Position numbers and translations under genes: made by a program. Below the pieces are notes generated by a model. The model was given only the letters and a program-made list of their open reading frames with translations. It ran no database searches and was not told the DNA's origin. A stretch of 62,940 bases of DNA, the filler included, from Octopus bimaculoides (lineage: Eukaryota): NCBI RefSeq assembly GCF_001194135.2. It is 7 parts of 7 records of this genome, joined end to end, with 100 filler letters (N's around TTAATTAATTAA, not from the genome) between each part and the next. Parts side by side here need not be neighbours in the genome. Positions count along the whole stretch, not along the records: positions 6,054 to 27,391 come from NC_068998.1; positions 27,492 to 44,831 come from NC_068990.1; 5 more parts are not named here. The stretch is one strand, 5' to 3'. Below, one piece after another: positions 25,075 through 37,731 of this stretch (position 1 is the stretch's first letter; the number at the start of each line of letters is the position of its first letter).

Positions 25075-25455
25075 TGACATCTACAGTAGAACGGACAGCA
25101 CCTCCACCAATGGCGATAGCCATAATAACAACAACGGCTCCTTTACCAACACCGGCAATGGCGGCACCTCCAGTGACGTCAACACTAACAGCGCCAGCAC
25201 CAGCGCTACCAGTACCAGTAACGCCAGCACCAACAGCGCCAGACCCAACAGCAGCAGCAGCGGCAACGACGCCAATACTAACAGACTTACCACATCGGCT
25301 GTTCCAGAAACTCGTTCAAACAACGCCCTTCCAACCAAAGATCCTCCTTCAGGATACCGCCACGTCATTAACCAGCCATGTATGGCAGCTAATAGATGAC
25401 GGGATTCCATACACAATATCATGGAGGATCCTAGAGAACTCAGGCCTCTACATCA
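25075..25455 (+). pseudogene. Penelope-like GIY-YIG fragment preceded by low-complexity linker
   Basis: TATSLTSHVWQLIDDGIPYTISWRILENSGLYING matches the PLE TxLSxHVWxLK...YxIxWxIL pattern. Confidence 0.75.
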
Positions 25456-25460
25456 ACGGT

Positions 25461-25730
25461 GAAGGCACATGAATCAGTGGGTAAGGTGTTGCACTCACGA
25501 TCGCGAGATCGTGTGTTCGATTCTCAGACCGGGCGTTGCGTTGTGTTCTTGAACAAAGCACTTCATTTCACGTTGCTCTGCAATCATTTCGTCATCTGAC
25601 ATGTAGCACCCAGTTGTTCCTATACAAGTAATGTTGATTTGATAGAGGGAGTGAGCTTATGTCAACACAAACTTTTGATCGCTATAAACAAATCATCTGT
25701 GTGGTTGTTCGGTAAGAAATTGTTGAACCC
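25461..25730 (+). mobile_element. tRNA-derived SINE family D
   Basis: A box (ATCAGTGG), B box (GTTCGATTC), GTTCTTGAACAAAGCACTTCATTTCACGTTGCTC; shared with 50606. Confidence 0.8.
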
Positions 25731-25904
25731 TTATACGTCGTCTAACGATGGGAGACTCCATCNNNNNNNNNNNNNNNNNNNNNNNNNNNNNNNNNNNNNN
25801 NNNNNNNNNNNNNNNNNNNNNNNNNNNNNNNNNNNNNNNNNNNNNNNNNNNNNNNNNNNNNNNNNNNNNNNNNNNNNNNNNNNNNNNNNNNNNNNNNNNN
25901 NNNN

Positions 25905-25951
<47 letters not shown>

Positions 25952-27899
25952 TGAGAGGTATTGGTGTCAAGAAGACCCAAAGGTGTCAGGTAATACTGAG
26001 AAAGTGCTATAGACAGACTATAGTCAAGCATCAGGTCCGATAATGATACGAATGAGGAGCCCAACGTGGGTCATGTATCAGCATGCATATATATAAAAAA
26101 TTAAAAAATCCAAGGCTGTGAATAGTTTTCACAATATTTATTAAGAGAAGGTCTTACAGCTGTTTCCAGGACATTTTATATATACATTTGTATTTTGGAA
26201 CTCACACACAAACTACAGGAAACTTACATATACACCATTCTGCTTAAATAATAGAACTGCAAATACAATATCCTTACGTATCTCATGTCTGTTTTCATTC
26301 CTCCACTTCACTCTGTATTTCACATTTCTTTATAATAACTATTCCACCACGAAATAGTACATATATATATATATATATATGTAATGACATATATAATATA
26401 TAATTATATGCATATATCCATACATATATGTACATACCGACACCTATATGTATACATACAAGCATATATGTGTACAGGACATCACAAAAAACGTTAAACA
26501 CAATGAGAAACGAAATCATAAAGACGAAGACAGAAAACGAACTTATTTTCGAACAACGAAAAAAAACCAGAGAAACGAGACATGCAACATAAAGAATATT
26601 TCCCTTCTTCAGTTGTCCCTGTTCCATCTACTCCGCGTTTCGAGGCCCAAAATTAGATTTACAGTTATCACGTAAGCAATTTAAAATTCTTTTAAAACAT
26701 TTTATTACATTGAAATTTCTATCTTGCAATTAATTAAATTAGCATAGAATAATGGTTTCATATTTTTTATAATTAAGATCTAAATTGTTAAACTGTTACT
26801 ACTTCTGGGCCAACCTGAATCTATACAAGCATTCATACATTTGTTTGTTTGCATAGCTGTTTTAATCTGATTGTACATCATATATATTGATGTTTGTGTC
26901 AACCATTTGTTAAGAAATTACTTAACATTTATAAAGCAATGTTTGTTTATATCTGTTTCTCTGTCTTTTTTCAATATCTCTATCGGCCATATTGTTGCTT
27001 TGAAGTGTTTTTCTATACATGTGGACTCCTGCAAATCGTTTATACATCTGTTTCTACACGCGCACGACCTCGCGCAGCAAGTAATCACGCACACCTTTGA
27101 ATGTGTAATGCGCGTGTATGTATTTATATCTGTTTGTGTGTGAATGTGTGTGTGTGTATGTGTGTGTGAATTTGTGTGAGTGTGTGAATGTGTGTGAGTG
27201 TGTATAGTATATTTGTATGTACGTGTTATTACAAAATATATCAGAAGTCAGCGCCAAAAGCATTCGCATGTCATTTAATTTATGTCTTTTCCACTCTGTT
27301 TGTAATGTATGTGTGTATCTGGCACACGTCTCCATCTGTCTGCAGATGCACCGAGGCATATATATATGCATATATACACATATATATATATNNNNNNNNN
27401 NNNNNNNNNNNNNNNNNNNNNNNNNNNNNNNNNNNTTAATTAATTAANNNNNNNNNNNNNNNNNNNNNNNNNNNNNNNNNNNNNNNNNNNNAAACAAAAT
27501 TAGACAATACGACGCTGTACTACAGATGACATCATTTGAAACCACAAGAGATTTAACTGAGGCAGCATTCATCCAAACTTTCAAGATCCAACCTCAGATT
27601 TATCATCGCATTGTCTCTCTACTATCTCTGTGAAATGAATCACCAAAATTGGCCTTTCATTATTTATAATCTATACCTGTTTGTTTGGTTACGAAATAAA
27701 ATACACAAAACGTGTTTCTGAATTACGTGTATTTACTTTATATAGATATGAGTTGAAAACTTTCTTCTAGCATTCCACTTAATGTCTATGTTCCATGCTG
27801 GCATGGATTGGAGAGTTATTAAGGTAGAAATATACACAAGCGCATACAAAAAAAACGTAAGAAGAAATATAATTTGAGAAAAGCTATTTTGTATTTAGC

Positions 27900-28660
27900 T
27901 ATAGGTGACGTCAGTGGATAACAAAAGAATAAAAAATAAAGGTAAGAATTCTACGTTATGGCAATTAGAAACATAGAGATTTTACGTCACAACAATTAAT
28001 TATCTATTTATGAAATACAGTAAATTTTTAACATATGAAAAGTAATTATAATTAAGAATTGAAATATTCAAATGCCTTCCGAAATTTGTGGCAACATTTC
28101 ATTGTAAAATTCCAATTAAAACTTAATAAAATTAATTTAGAATTATATAATATATTTCTTCAAGACAAAGAAAATTAGGGAATATCTCAATTCAAAATTT
28201 ATAAAAAAGAGTAAAATCGATCATATGTATTGTGAAATTAACTCCTGAACCAGATTTTGATTCTTTAAATAAAAGTAATTCCGACTCTGCCTATGTAAGT
28301 GTAAGAACAAAATTGTCTGTCCTTTATAAACTCAGTCATTAAGAAAAAATATAATCTATCGATGTAAGGTAATAACAGGGAATTATAAGTATAATTACAT
28401 AGGTTCATCTGCTACAATTTGGTAATCTAGATTTCATAATCATTCTCAATCATTTAAGTATAGAAGAAAAAGTAATTCTACAAATCCCAAATGCATTTGG
28501 GATTTAAAAGTTAGGAACATTAGGTATGATGTAAAGTGGTCCATTATTAGCTACGCTCCATCGCACAATATTAGAAATTATACATGTGAGGTTGCCTTGA
28601 AGAAATGTATTATATAACTACTTCTAAATTAATTTTATTAAATTTTAATAGGAATTTTAC
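27900..28660 (+). pseudogene. Decayed Penelope-like element (linker plus GIY-YIG)
   Basis: CKCKNKIVCPL...KNIIYRCKVITGNYKYNYIGSSAT..SRFHNHSQSFK...CIWDLK..IRYDVKWSII with stops and frameshifts. Confidence 0.82.
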
Positions 28661-30384
28661 ATACACATATGCATATACATATGCATATACATATATGACT
28701 GTATATATATCTATATGATATAAATAATTATATATATATATATATATANNNNNNNNNNNNNNNNNNNNNNNNNNNNNNNNNNNNNNNNNNNNNNNNNNNN
28801 NNNNNNNNNNNNNNNNNNNNNNNNNNNNNNNNNNNNNNNNNNNNNNNNNNNNNNNNNNNNNNNNNNNNNNNNNNNNNNNNNNNNNNNNNNNNNNNNNNNN
28901 NNNNNNNNNNNNNNNNNNNNNNNNNNNNNNNNNNNNNNNNNNNNNNNNNNNNNNNNNNNNNNNNNNNNNNNNNNNNNNNNNNNNNNNNNNNNNNNNNNNN
29001 NNNNNNNNNNNNNNNNNNNNNNNNNNNNNNNNNNNNNNNNNNNNNNNNNNNNNNNNNNNNNNNNNNNNNNNNNNNNNNNNNNNNNNNNNNNNNNNNNNNN
29101 NNNNNNNNNNNNNNNNNNNNNNNNNNNNNNNNNNNNNNNNNNNNNNNNNNNNNNNNNNNNNNNNNNNNAACTACATAAATGCAGCCTTTGCAATGGTGGG
29201 GCTGCGATCAAATCTATCAACCTCATCAAACTTCCATCACAATTGACTTGAGTTAAGGATGTTACAGTTTCCAATTGGCTGGATTGAAAATGTACAGTCG
29301 TGATATCTCACAAGTGTCTGATGAAATCTTCGTCAGTACATTTTGGGCAATATAACCCCTTCAGTAATGAATTTAGTATCTATCTAAGAAGTCAAGAAAC
29401 TTGTCTTGCACAAAGACTTATCTTAAAAAACTGGAACAAGCTTCATTTATAAAAGCTAACCTGGTTCAGATTTTAATTGTATATTAAATAAGGCTGATAT
29501 TATCAATGACTGAAGGGGCTGAAAGTCTGTTGTGAGCCATTTATTGTAGGCAGAACTTTTTAGAGTGAAAACGGATAATTTTATTTATTTCTCTGTATTT
29601 TTGAATATTCAAAATTTTGGTTTTTAATAAAAAGAATGTTTTTCATTGAATTGGTACTGAAAGGGTTAAAAAATGAAAGGCAAAATTGATTCTGACAATA
29701 TTTGAACTCATATGTGAGTGGTATTAAACCATATATCATGATGTTGGGCACTTTGCCAACTGCATCAACACATCTTCAATCCGTCTTCTTATTACCGATC
29801 TACTTATATAATAATAATCTCACTTACAGCTGTTCAACTGCAGTCCTATTAACTAAGCAACTAATGAATGTCAAATGTGAAAATATGTGCAGATAAAAAA
29901 CGCTTTAAGTAAAAAAGTGCCATTTTAGATGACTCAACCTCTTCAGATTATTCCCCTACTTTTGCTATACAGCAATTTACAATGAGAGATAGAAAGAGAA
30001 TATGATGAGCAGTAAAAATGGAGTACTATAGAACATGTGTGTAATAAATATTGAATTACATTTTGAGAATTTTCTCTCGATTGCTGCTAAAACGAACGCC
30101 TCACCAACATAAGCACTATGTCACAGAAAAATGTTAACCTAATAATTATAAATACAGGACATACCTGAAAATAGAGAGGTAAAGCATAAGATTATGTATT
30201 GAAACAGACTCCATTAAACACTGATAAAAAATTATGGACAATGAGTTTTATCAAGTGGCTTCGATAAAGAGACTGTTAAGGCTTGATTTACGATGATAAA
30301 GGAAATTTATATTAAAAAAATGCAAATCCGCTAAATTACGAAAGATGTTTTTCAATTATTATTACCATCGTCATCATCACTACA

Positions 30385-32445
30385 ATAATTGTTATTATTA
30401 TTATTATTGTTATTGTTATTAATATTATTATTATTATTGTTCAGTAGTTTTATTTTTATAACGTGCTTTCACTTCACTACCGAGCGCAGCTCTGTGCGCC
30501 TTGGGTATGTGCTGTGGTTTGCTGTGGTGCTCTTATGTTTACTGTATTGAAAGTGTTTTGCGTAGAATGTGTGCAGTACCCAGTAGTGCTATTTTCTGTA
30601 TGTTATATATATTTGTAAGTCCTGGTGTTTTTGTTATGTATTTGTCTGAATATTTTTTTATTATACCTAAGGCACCTACTATGATAGGAATTGTTTCTGT
30701 TTTTAGATTCCACATTCGAGTTACCTCTATTTCCAGGTCTTTGTATTTTGAAAGTTTCTNNNNNNNNNNNNNNNNNNNNNNNNNNNNNNNNNNNNNNNNN
30801 NNNNNNNNNNNNNNNNNNNNNNNNNNNNNNNNNNNNNNNNNNNNNNNNNNNNNNNNNNNNNNNNNNNNNNNNNNNNNNNNNNNNNNNNNNNNNNNNNNNN
30901 NNNNNNNNNNNNNNNNNNNNNNNNNNNNNNNNNNNNNNNNNNNNNNNNNNNNNNNNNNNNNNNNNNNNNNNNNNNNNNNNNNNNNNNNNNNNNNNNNNNN
31001 NNNNNNNNNNNNNNNNNNNNNNNNNNNNNNNNNNNNNNNNNNNNNNNNNNNNNNNNNNNNNNNNNNNNNNNNNNNNNNNNNNNNNNNNNNNNNNNNNNNN
31101 NNNNNNNNNNNNNNNNNNNNNNNNNNNNNNNNNNNNNNNNNNNNNNNNNNNNNNNNNNNNNNNNNNNNNNNNNNNNNNNNNNNNNNNNNNNNNNNNNNNN
31201 NNNNNNNNNNNNNNNNNNNNNNNNNNNNNNNNNNNNNNNNNNNNNNNNNNNNNNNNNNNNNNNNNNNNNNNNNNNNNNNNNNNNNNNNNNNNNNNNNNNN
31301 NNNNNNNNNNNNNNNNNNNNNNNNNNNNNNNNNNNNNNNNNNNNNNNNNNNNNNNNNNNNNNNNNNNNNNNNNNNNNNNNNNNNNNNNNNNNNNNNNNNN
31401 NNNNNNNNNNNNNNNNCTGGAGTGTTAATACCTATTATCTTGTTTTTAGCATTGAGCTCTGTTTTCAGTATTAATCTAACTCGTCTATAGTATTCTTTCT
31501 TTATTTTCTCTTTCATTTGTGTGTGCTGTATCCTATCTAGTTCATTGATTCCTAAATATTTGTATGCCTGGCTTTGGTCTAATTCTCTTATTTGGCACAT
31601 TTTTCTAATCCAAATTTCACATCTATTTCTTTGGTAAATCCATGTACTATCTGTAGTAGTGTTTCTAGCTGTTTATCATTTGTAGCGTATAGTTTTAGGT
31701 CATCCATATATAAAAGGTGGCTGGGTTTTTTTCCGTAACATTTGTATCCGCATCTAGTTCTATTTCGCATGTCAGATAAAGGTGTCGGTCCCAAGCAGAA
31801 CAGGAGTGGAGAGAGCGTGTATCCCTGGAATATTCCTCTTCTAATGGGGATGGCTTTAGTTTTCACGAGTCCCTCATTTGTTTGGAGCTGTAACACTGTT
31901 TGCCATTTATTCATAGAGTGTCTTATGTATTTTATAATTATTGGTGCTACCTTGTTTATGGCTAGTGTTTATAGCTAGTGTTTCACGTGTGGGTAACACT
32001 ATCAAAAGCCTTTCGGTAGTCGATCCAGGCCATACTGAGACCTTTCTTCCTTCTGCGGCTGTCTTCAGTTATGGCTTTATTGATCATTAATTGATCTTTA
32101 CATCCGTATGAGTCCTTGCAGCATCCCTTCTTCTCTTCTGTTTTCTTCCAGGTGCTTACTCAATCTCTGCAGTAAAAGCTTTGTAGATTGTAGGGAGACA
32201 AGTTATAGGTCTGTAGTTTTGTGGTTTTGCCGTTTGGGAATTAGGATAGTTTTCCCTTTCGTGAGCCATTCAGGTATTGTCTCTCGCTCTGCTAGTATGT
32301 CGTTAAAGCTTTCAGCCAGCTTTTTGTGTATTCTTGTCAGATATTTTAACCTAAAGTTGGGGATCTTGTCGTGCCCAGGCGCCTTCCAGTTGCTTAGTCT
32401 TTGCAGTGCCTGGGTGACCTCTTCAGTTGTTACAGGGGTCCAGAG
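30385..32445 (-). mobile_element. 5'-truncated R4/Dong-like LINE (RT and RLE) with (AAT)n tail; internal N gap
   Basis: AWIDYRKAFDSV, RRGIFQGYTLSPLLFC, HLLYMDDLKLY, FGLEKCAK, YKYLGI; RLE end KLSKYKDLEIEVTRMW...PIIVGALG...QKIALLGTAHILRK; frameshifts present. Confidence 0.93.
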
Positions 32446-32522
<77 letters not shown>

Positions 32523-32694
32523 TAGTCTTATTTTTATCACGTGCTTTCACTTCAATACCGAGCGCAGATCTGTATGCCCTGGGTATGTGGTGTGGTTTGT
32601 TGTGATGCTCTTATTTTTACTGTATTGAAAGTGTTTTACGTAGGATGTGTGCGATGCCTAGTTGTGCTGTTTTCTGTATGTTTTATATATATAT
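32446..32694 (-). mobile_element. Second R4/Dong-like 3' end with long (AAT)n tail abutting the previous copy
   Basis: 3' UTR near-identical to 30440-30600. Confidence 0.88.
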
Positions 32695-32913
32695 NNNNNN
32701 NNNNNNNNNNNNNNNNNNNNNNNNNNNNNNNNNNNNNNNNNNNNNNNNNNNNNNNNNNNNNNNNNNNNNNNNNNNNNNNNNNNNNNNNNNNNNNNNNNNN
32801 NNNNNNNNNNNNNNNNNNNNNNNNNNNNNNNNNNNNNNNNNNNNNNNNNNNNNNNNNNNNNNNNNNNNNNNNNNNNNNNNNNNNNNNNNNNNNNNNNNNN
32901 NNNNNNNNNNNNN

Positions 32914-33292
32914 CGACCTCAAGACTTATTCTTTGTAAGCCTAGTACTTATTCTATCGGTCTCTTTGCCGAACCGCTAAGTTACGGGGACGTAAACACAC
33001 CAGCATCGGTTGTCAAGCGATGTTGCGGGACAAACATAGACACATAAGCATATACACACACATACATATATATATATACATATATATATATACATATATA
33101 CGACAGGCTTCTTTCAGTTTCCGTCTACCAAATCCACTGACAAGGCTTTGGTCGGCCCGAGGCTATAGTAGAAGATATATATATATATATATATATAGTA
33201 GAAGATACTTGCCCAAGGTGCCACGTAGTGGGACTGAACCCGGAACCATGTGGTGTCGTAAGCAAGCTACTTACCACACAGCCACTCCTACG
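32914..33292 (-). mobile_element. SINE family B, near full length
   Basis: Both halves separated by a CA/TA tract. Confidence 0.9.
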
Positions 33293-33470
33293 CCTGATAG
33301 GAATTGTTTCTATTTTTAGGCTTCACATTCGAGTTACCTCTACTTCCAGATCTTTATATTTTGAAAGTTTCTCCGTTTCCTTTAGAGAAACATTGTCATC
33401 TGTTGGCATTGATACATTGATTAGAAAGCTTTTTTTGCTCTGACGGCTATATCCGGCATATTGGCCTTAA
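33293..33470 (-). pseudogene. R4/Dong-like RLE fragment
   Basis: KLSKYKDLEVEVTRM...ETIPI, plus upstream LIDVSMPTDDNVSLKE-type PD-(D/E)xK region. Confidence 0.8.
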
Positions 33471-34182
33471 TTTCTCTATCTATGTGCATTGGCATTTCCC
33501 AGAGAATGTTTGCTGTTTCATTTATTATTATTATTATTATTGTTATTATTATTGCTGTTGTTGTTTTTGTTGTTGTTGTTGTTGTTGTTGTCGTTGTTGT
33601 TGTTGTTCAGTGTCAACGGACTCGGAATCATAGAGCTCATTCACCTTATCGAAATGCATTCTAATTATTATTAACATTACTATCTTGTTCATCACCACCA
33701 TTAATATAAGTGCTATTGTTGTTGTTGTTGTCGTCGTCGTCGTCGTCGTTGTTGTTGTTGTTGTTGTTGTTGAGTATCAACAGTTTTGTTTTCCAAGAGC
33801 GCAACAAAAGTTTTCTAAGGGGATTATTTTTAATGCCTAAGAACTTCGGGGCGAATAGAGGTTTACCCGGCTTAAAGAAACGGTTTCACTTTAAGAAGTT
33901 TGTTTAAATATTGCGATATGAAAATGTGTACAAAATTTTACTTCTATTGCAAAACAGCTGCCTCAAAATTGACGAGTAAAGGTCTAAGACACAGAAACAG
34001 TAGCACTCCAAATTAATAATCTAGCATAGAAACTTTCCAGCTTAGGTACACAAGCACACATACAAACACATATATACACATATACATACGTGCATATATA
34101 TACAAACATATACACATATATATACTTATATGCATACAGACGTATATATGCATATATACATACATGCATACACACGTATATA

Positions 34183-34920
34183 CAGGGTGCGTAAGGTATT
34201 TGAGGACATACATTTTTTAGGTCATTGCCGTATTATTTTGCTAACTCTGTATAATCTTTGTTTCAGAAAATAATAATGGCAAACCCTCAGCTTACTCAAG
34301 GAATGAAGAGGAATAATGTTATTGTGGCTATAAAGGCTAAGCATAGCGATTTAGCGATATCTCGATTTTTAAAAATTTCCACATCTTTCGTCTACAAAGT
34401 TTGTAAGGAACTAGAGACTGAAGATGAAACGTATAACCAGTATCAAAGCATAAAAAGCATTCTAAACGTCTGAAATCATCAGAACACCTGAACTTATCCC
34501 GCAAGTTCAACAGACCATTGATTACAATCCCAGAAAGTCCATGAGGTCAATTTCAAAAGATTTCCATGTGTCAGAAGGAACATTCAGAAATGTTGTCCAC
34601 AAAGACATTAGATATAAGTCATCGTACATGATGAGGAAAGGTCAATTTGTCAGAAAAAGCAAAAGAAAATCAGTACATCAGATCTAAAATGCTCTTAAAC
34701 AAACTGAATAATCCATCAGAAGATTTGATTTGATTTTTCTCAAACGAGAAAAACTTCGACCAGAATCAAAAAGTTAACAGAAGAAATTACAGATGGTTAT
34801 GTGCAGATCCTTCTAAAGTTCCAAGTTCCAAGTATTATGCATACAAAATTTCCTGCGATTGTCATGAATTTAGAGGTTGTCAGCAATGAAGGACATGTGA
34901 TACTTCCTTACTTCTTTTTG
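34183..34920 (+). mobile_element. Tc1/mariner (maT/DD37D-like) 5' portion
   Basis: TA|CAGGGTG left end; HSDLAISRFLK, PRKSMRSISKDFHVSE, FFSNEKNFDQNQKVNRRN, HTKFPA.VM..VSNEGHV.LPYFF; frameshifted and truncated. Confidence 0.85.
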
Positions 34921-34989
34921 CAATTCTGGTGTAAACTTATTTCAGAGTATAAGGCACTGTAACAGATTTTTAAACAAACTTGGACCATG

Positions 34990-35600
34990 CATATTCGTGA
35001 TTTTTTTTCTACGCAGTATACTAATCTTGTTTTGAAAAGAATGGAAGAAGGTGTACTTAGTGTTATTAATATTGTGTTTAATAAAGGCAATAAGTATATT
35101 TCCATTAAAACGATGAATTTTTTTATCTAATTGTAGATATAATGGTTATATGTGTTTTAGTAAAAGTAGACTAAAGGAGATAGTCGGCTTTATCCTTAGT
35201 AGTGCATATAATGATTGGTGATCGTAGCCCTTGTTAGTAGATATATAATTGTTTTCAAACCGAAGGAAAATATAGGTTTGGTCAAACTACAAAATATATT
35301 CGGGGAATCTCGAAGCGACTATAAATGGTGACTCGGTAGATGAGGTTAACTACTTAGATGTTAAGATAATTAGTGTAGACAAAAATTGTGAGTAGTATTT
35401 ATAATAAAACTAATAACTTAAATTTCCGCATTGCATCATTACTATGGCCACAACTAGAATTCCTTTTACGACAGACAATAATGTGTTTTCCAGTCAAGTT
35501 ATTAGATACGGTAGATTAATAAATAAGGCTGGAATGTTATTGGATAGAATTAAACAGTTAATGCAACATGAAAAAACAAGGTTACGTAAACAAAAGGTTA
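34990..35600 (+). pseudogene. Penelope-like RT fragment (Neptune-like)
   Basis: FSTQYTNL, VNYLDVKI, IYNKTNNLNF, VFSSQVIRYGR; central RT motifs deleted. Confidence 0.7.
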
Positions 35601-35699
35601 GTTAAATGTTTTAACTGTTGTTTGAGGAAACATGATGAAATTTTCAAAAAATATGGAATGATCTCGAATTTGTACAGTTTTAAGGAGTGATTAGTTTTA

Positions 35700-37480
35700 A
35701 TTAAAGGTAAAGGTTAAATCGTTATTTAGCAGCTTGTAAGTTGGTTGTCATTTATTATTGTGTACTAAGTCACATCAGTTGGATAATTGATATGGACTTC
35801 GGTCTGTTGAATGATAACGATATTTCGGTTTCTGGCAGCGATTGTATTAAGATGTAAGTGTGGCTTTCGTTAATTTTTTTCTTTTTGCTGCACGTGGAGT
35901 TTCGGTATCTTATACAAAGAATATTTTCGTTGCTATGTTTGTTTTAATAATTTTTAAATGTTTATAGGTTGTTAGTTTAAATTCCATGTATTTGTTTATT
36001 TTATTGCCTTCACACTAGACAGACACTAAACAGGACAGAACAGAGAACACAACTGAAAAAAATTAAAAAGAAAAAGGAAGTGGTTCCCAAGTAGCAAGCA
36101 TTTTCTTCCGTTTAACTAAGTTATTCAGTTTAATGCAGCTATGTCGTTTTATTTATGTTATAAATTTGTTATAATTCGGAAGTTTTGTCATATCTCTATT
36201 ATTTCATATTATTTATTTATTTATTGTATTATAATTTTTCAATTTATTTTCATTTTTAATAAGCATTTTATTCGGTTAATTTATTTTCTATAACTAGACA
36301 TATAATTAAATTGGTATTGATCTATGCTTGCTTTTTCAAGGACGTTGTTTATATACGCTTCATTTTTTTTTTTGTTGTTGTTTTTGCTTTTTTTGCATAG
36401 TGTCATATTTGGAGTATACTATAGAATGAGAAATAGTATATCTATTAGTCTACGTTCATTAATTAATCTATATGTTTGAAGTTCTAAGTTTGTTGTTCTT
36501 TGTGTTCTTATTATCATGTTATATATCAGTGGTTCAGCAGATTTTGTTCAATACATTTAGTTCGCAAGTTATGTTTGGTACTATAGTTTTGGGGATCGCA
36601 ATGTCCTTTGTAGGAGAAATTTCTTTGCTTTATAGATAGTTTTGTTTTGTTTCTTTCAATTTCTAGCTTTTGCACTTATAAGTTAATATTATTTTGTTTG
36701 TATGCGATGTTGTTATTTATAACAATAAGCAGGTGTTACCCTAATGAGTATATTTCGCTGTTTCACTCCTTCTGTTTATCTGTTGTTTGCCAGGCAGCGT
36801 TTATGTTTTAATGCTGATTACACCACTGGATTGAATGGCACTGCCCAAGTGTCGAAACTGTAGTGATATCCGATAGGATTCCTTTGGTGCGACACTTTAC
36901 TGTTTCTTTATAATGTTGTTCTTGCACATTGTCTAAGAGGAATCGATGCTACCAGGTCCTCATCAGGAAATGTTATGATCGATTTAAGATGACAACCATA
37001 ACTTCTCGATACCCAACTTTCTCCACAAAACTGTTATACTTTTGCTGTATTTCAAATAAGATATATATATTAGGTGGAACACACCTATAAAGATCGAGAC
37101 GGTTGGCTTAATTTTATTTTGTTTACTCATTTTTAACTGATTTGATTTTCTTTTTAGTGTTTTTAAGTATTTTGCGAATTTGTCTACAAATGAGTGTCTG
37201 AAATAGCCGTTAGTTGTTGAACGGAAGAGTTGTCCTGTTACAATTAATATCCACGTCAATGCCAACTATACCACTAACCATATGAGCACACCTAGTTTTA
37301 TTATTAATGGTTCAACCTTCTGCCACTATTAAATACAGCCATGAAGTAGTTTTTTGTTTTTAGGTTTGAACTGAAAATTTCGATAACACTATCGTCACAT
37401 CTGAAGCGAACTAATCATATAGATATCAGACATTTTTAAAAACGCTATCATTTAAGGTGGTATGCAATAAAGTTGCGAAT
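35700..37480 (-). pseudogene. Decayed Penelope-like pieces (EN C-terminus, pLTR, ORF N-terminus)
   Basis: KSITVLWRKLGIEKLWL EN-like end followed by CCTGATGAGGACC, then YQLSN...PTYK N-terminal-like segment; highly degenerate. Confidence 0.45.
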
Positions 37481-37661
37481 AGATATCGGTCAAACAAAGG
37501 AGCTTTTATTGTCTACACTAGAAAGTCAATTCCGTTATTATTTCACAAATAAGTATGTTATGAGACTTTACTCCTTCGCTTATGTTATACTTCTTTATAC
37601 TCTCTCTCTCCCTCACTCCTCCTCTATCTCTTCTTTCTCTCTTTCTCACTTCTTCCTCTCT

Positions 37662-37731
<70 letters not shown>

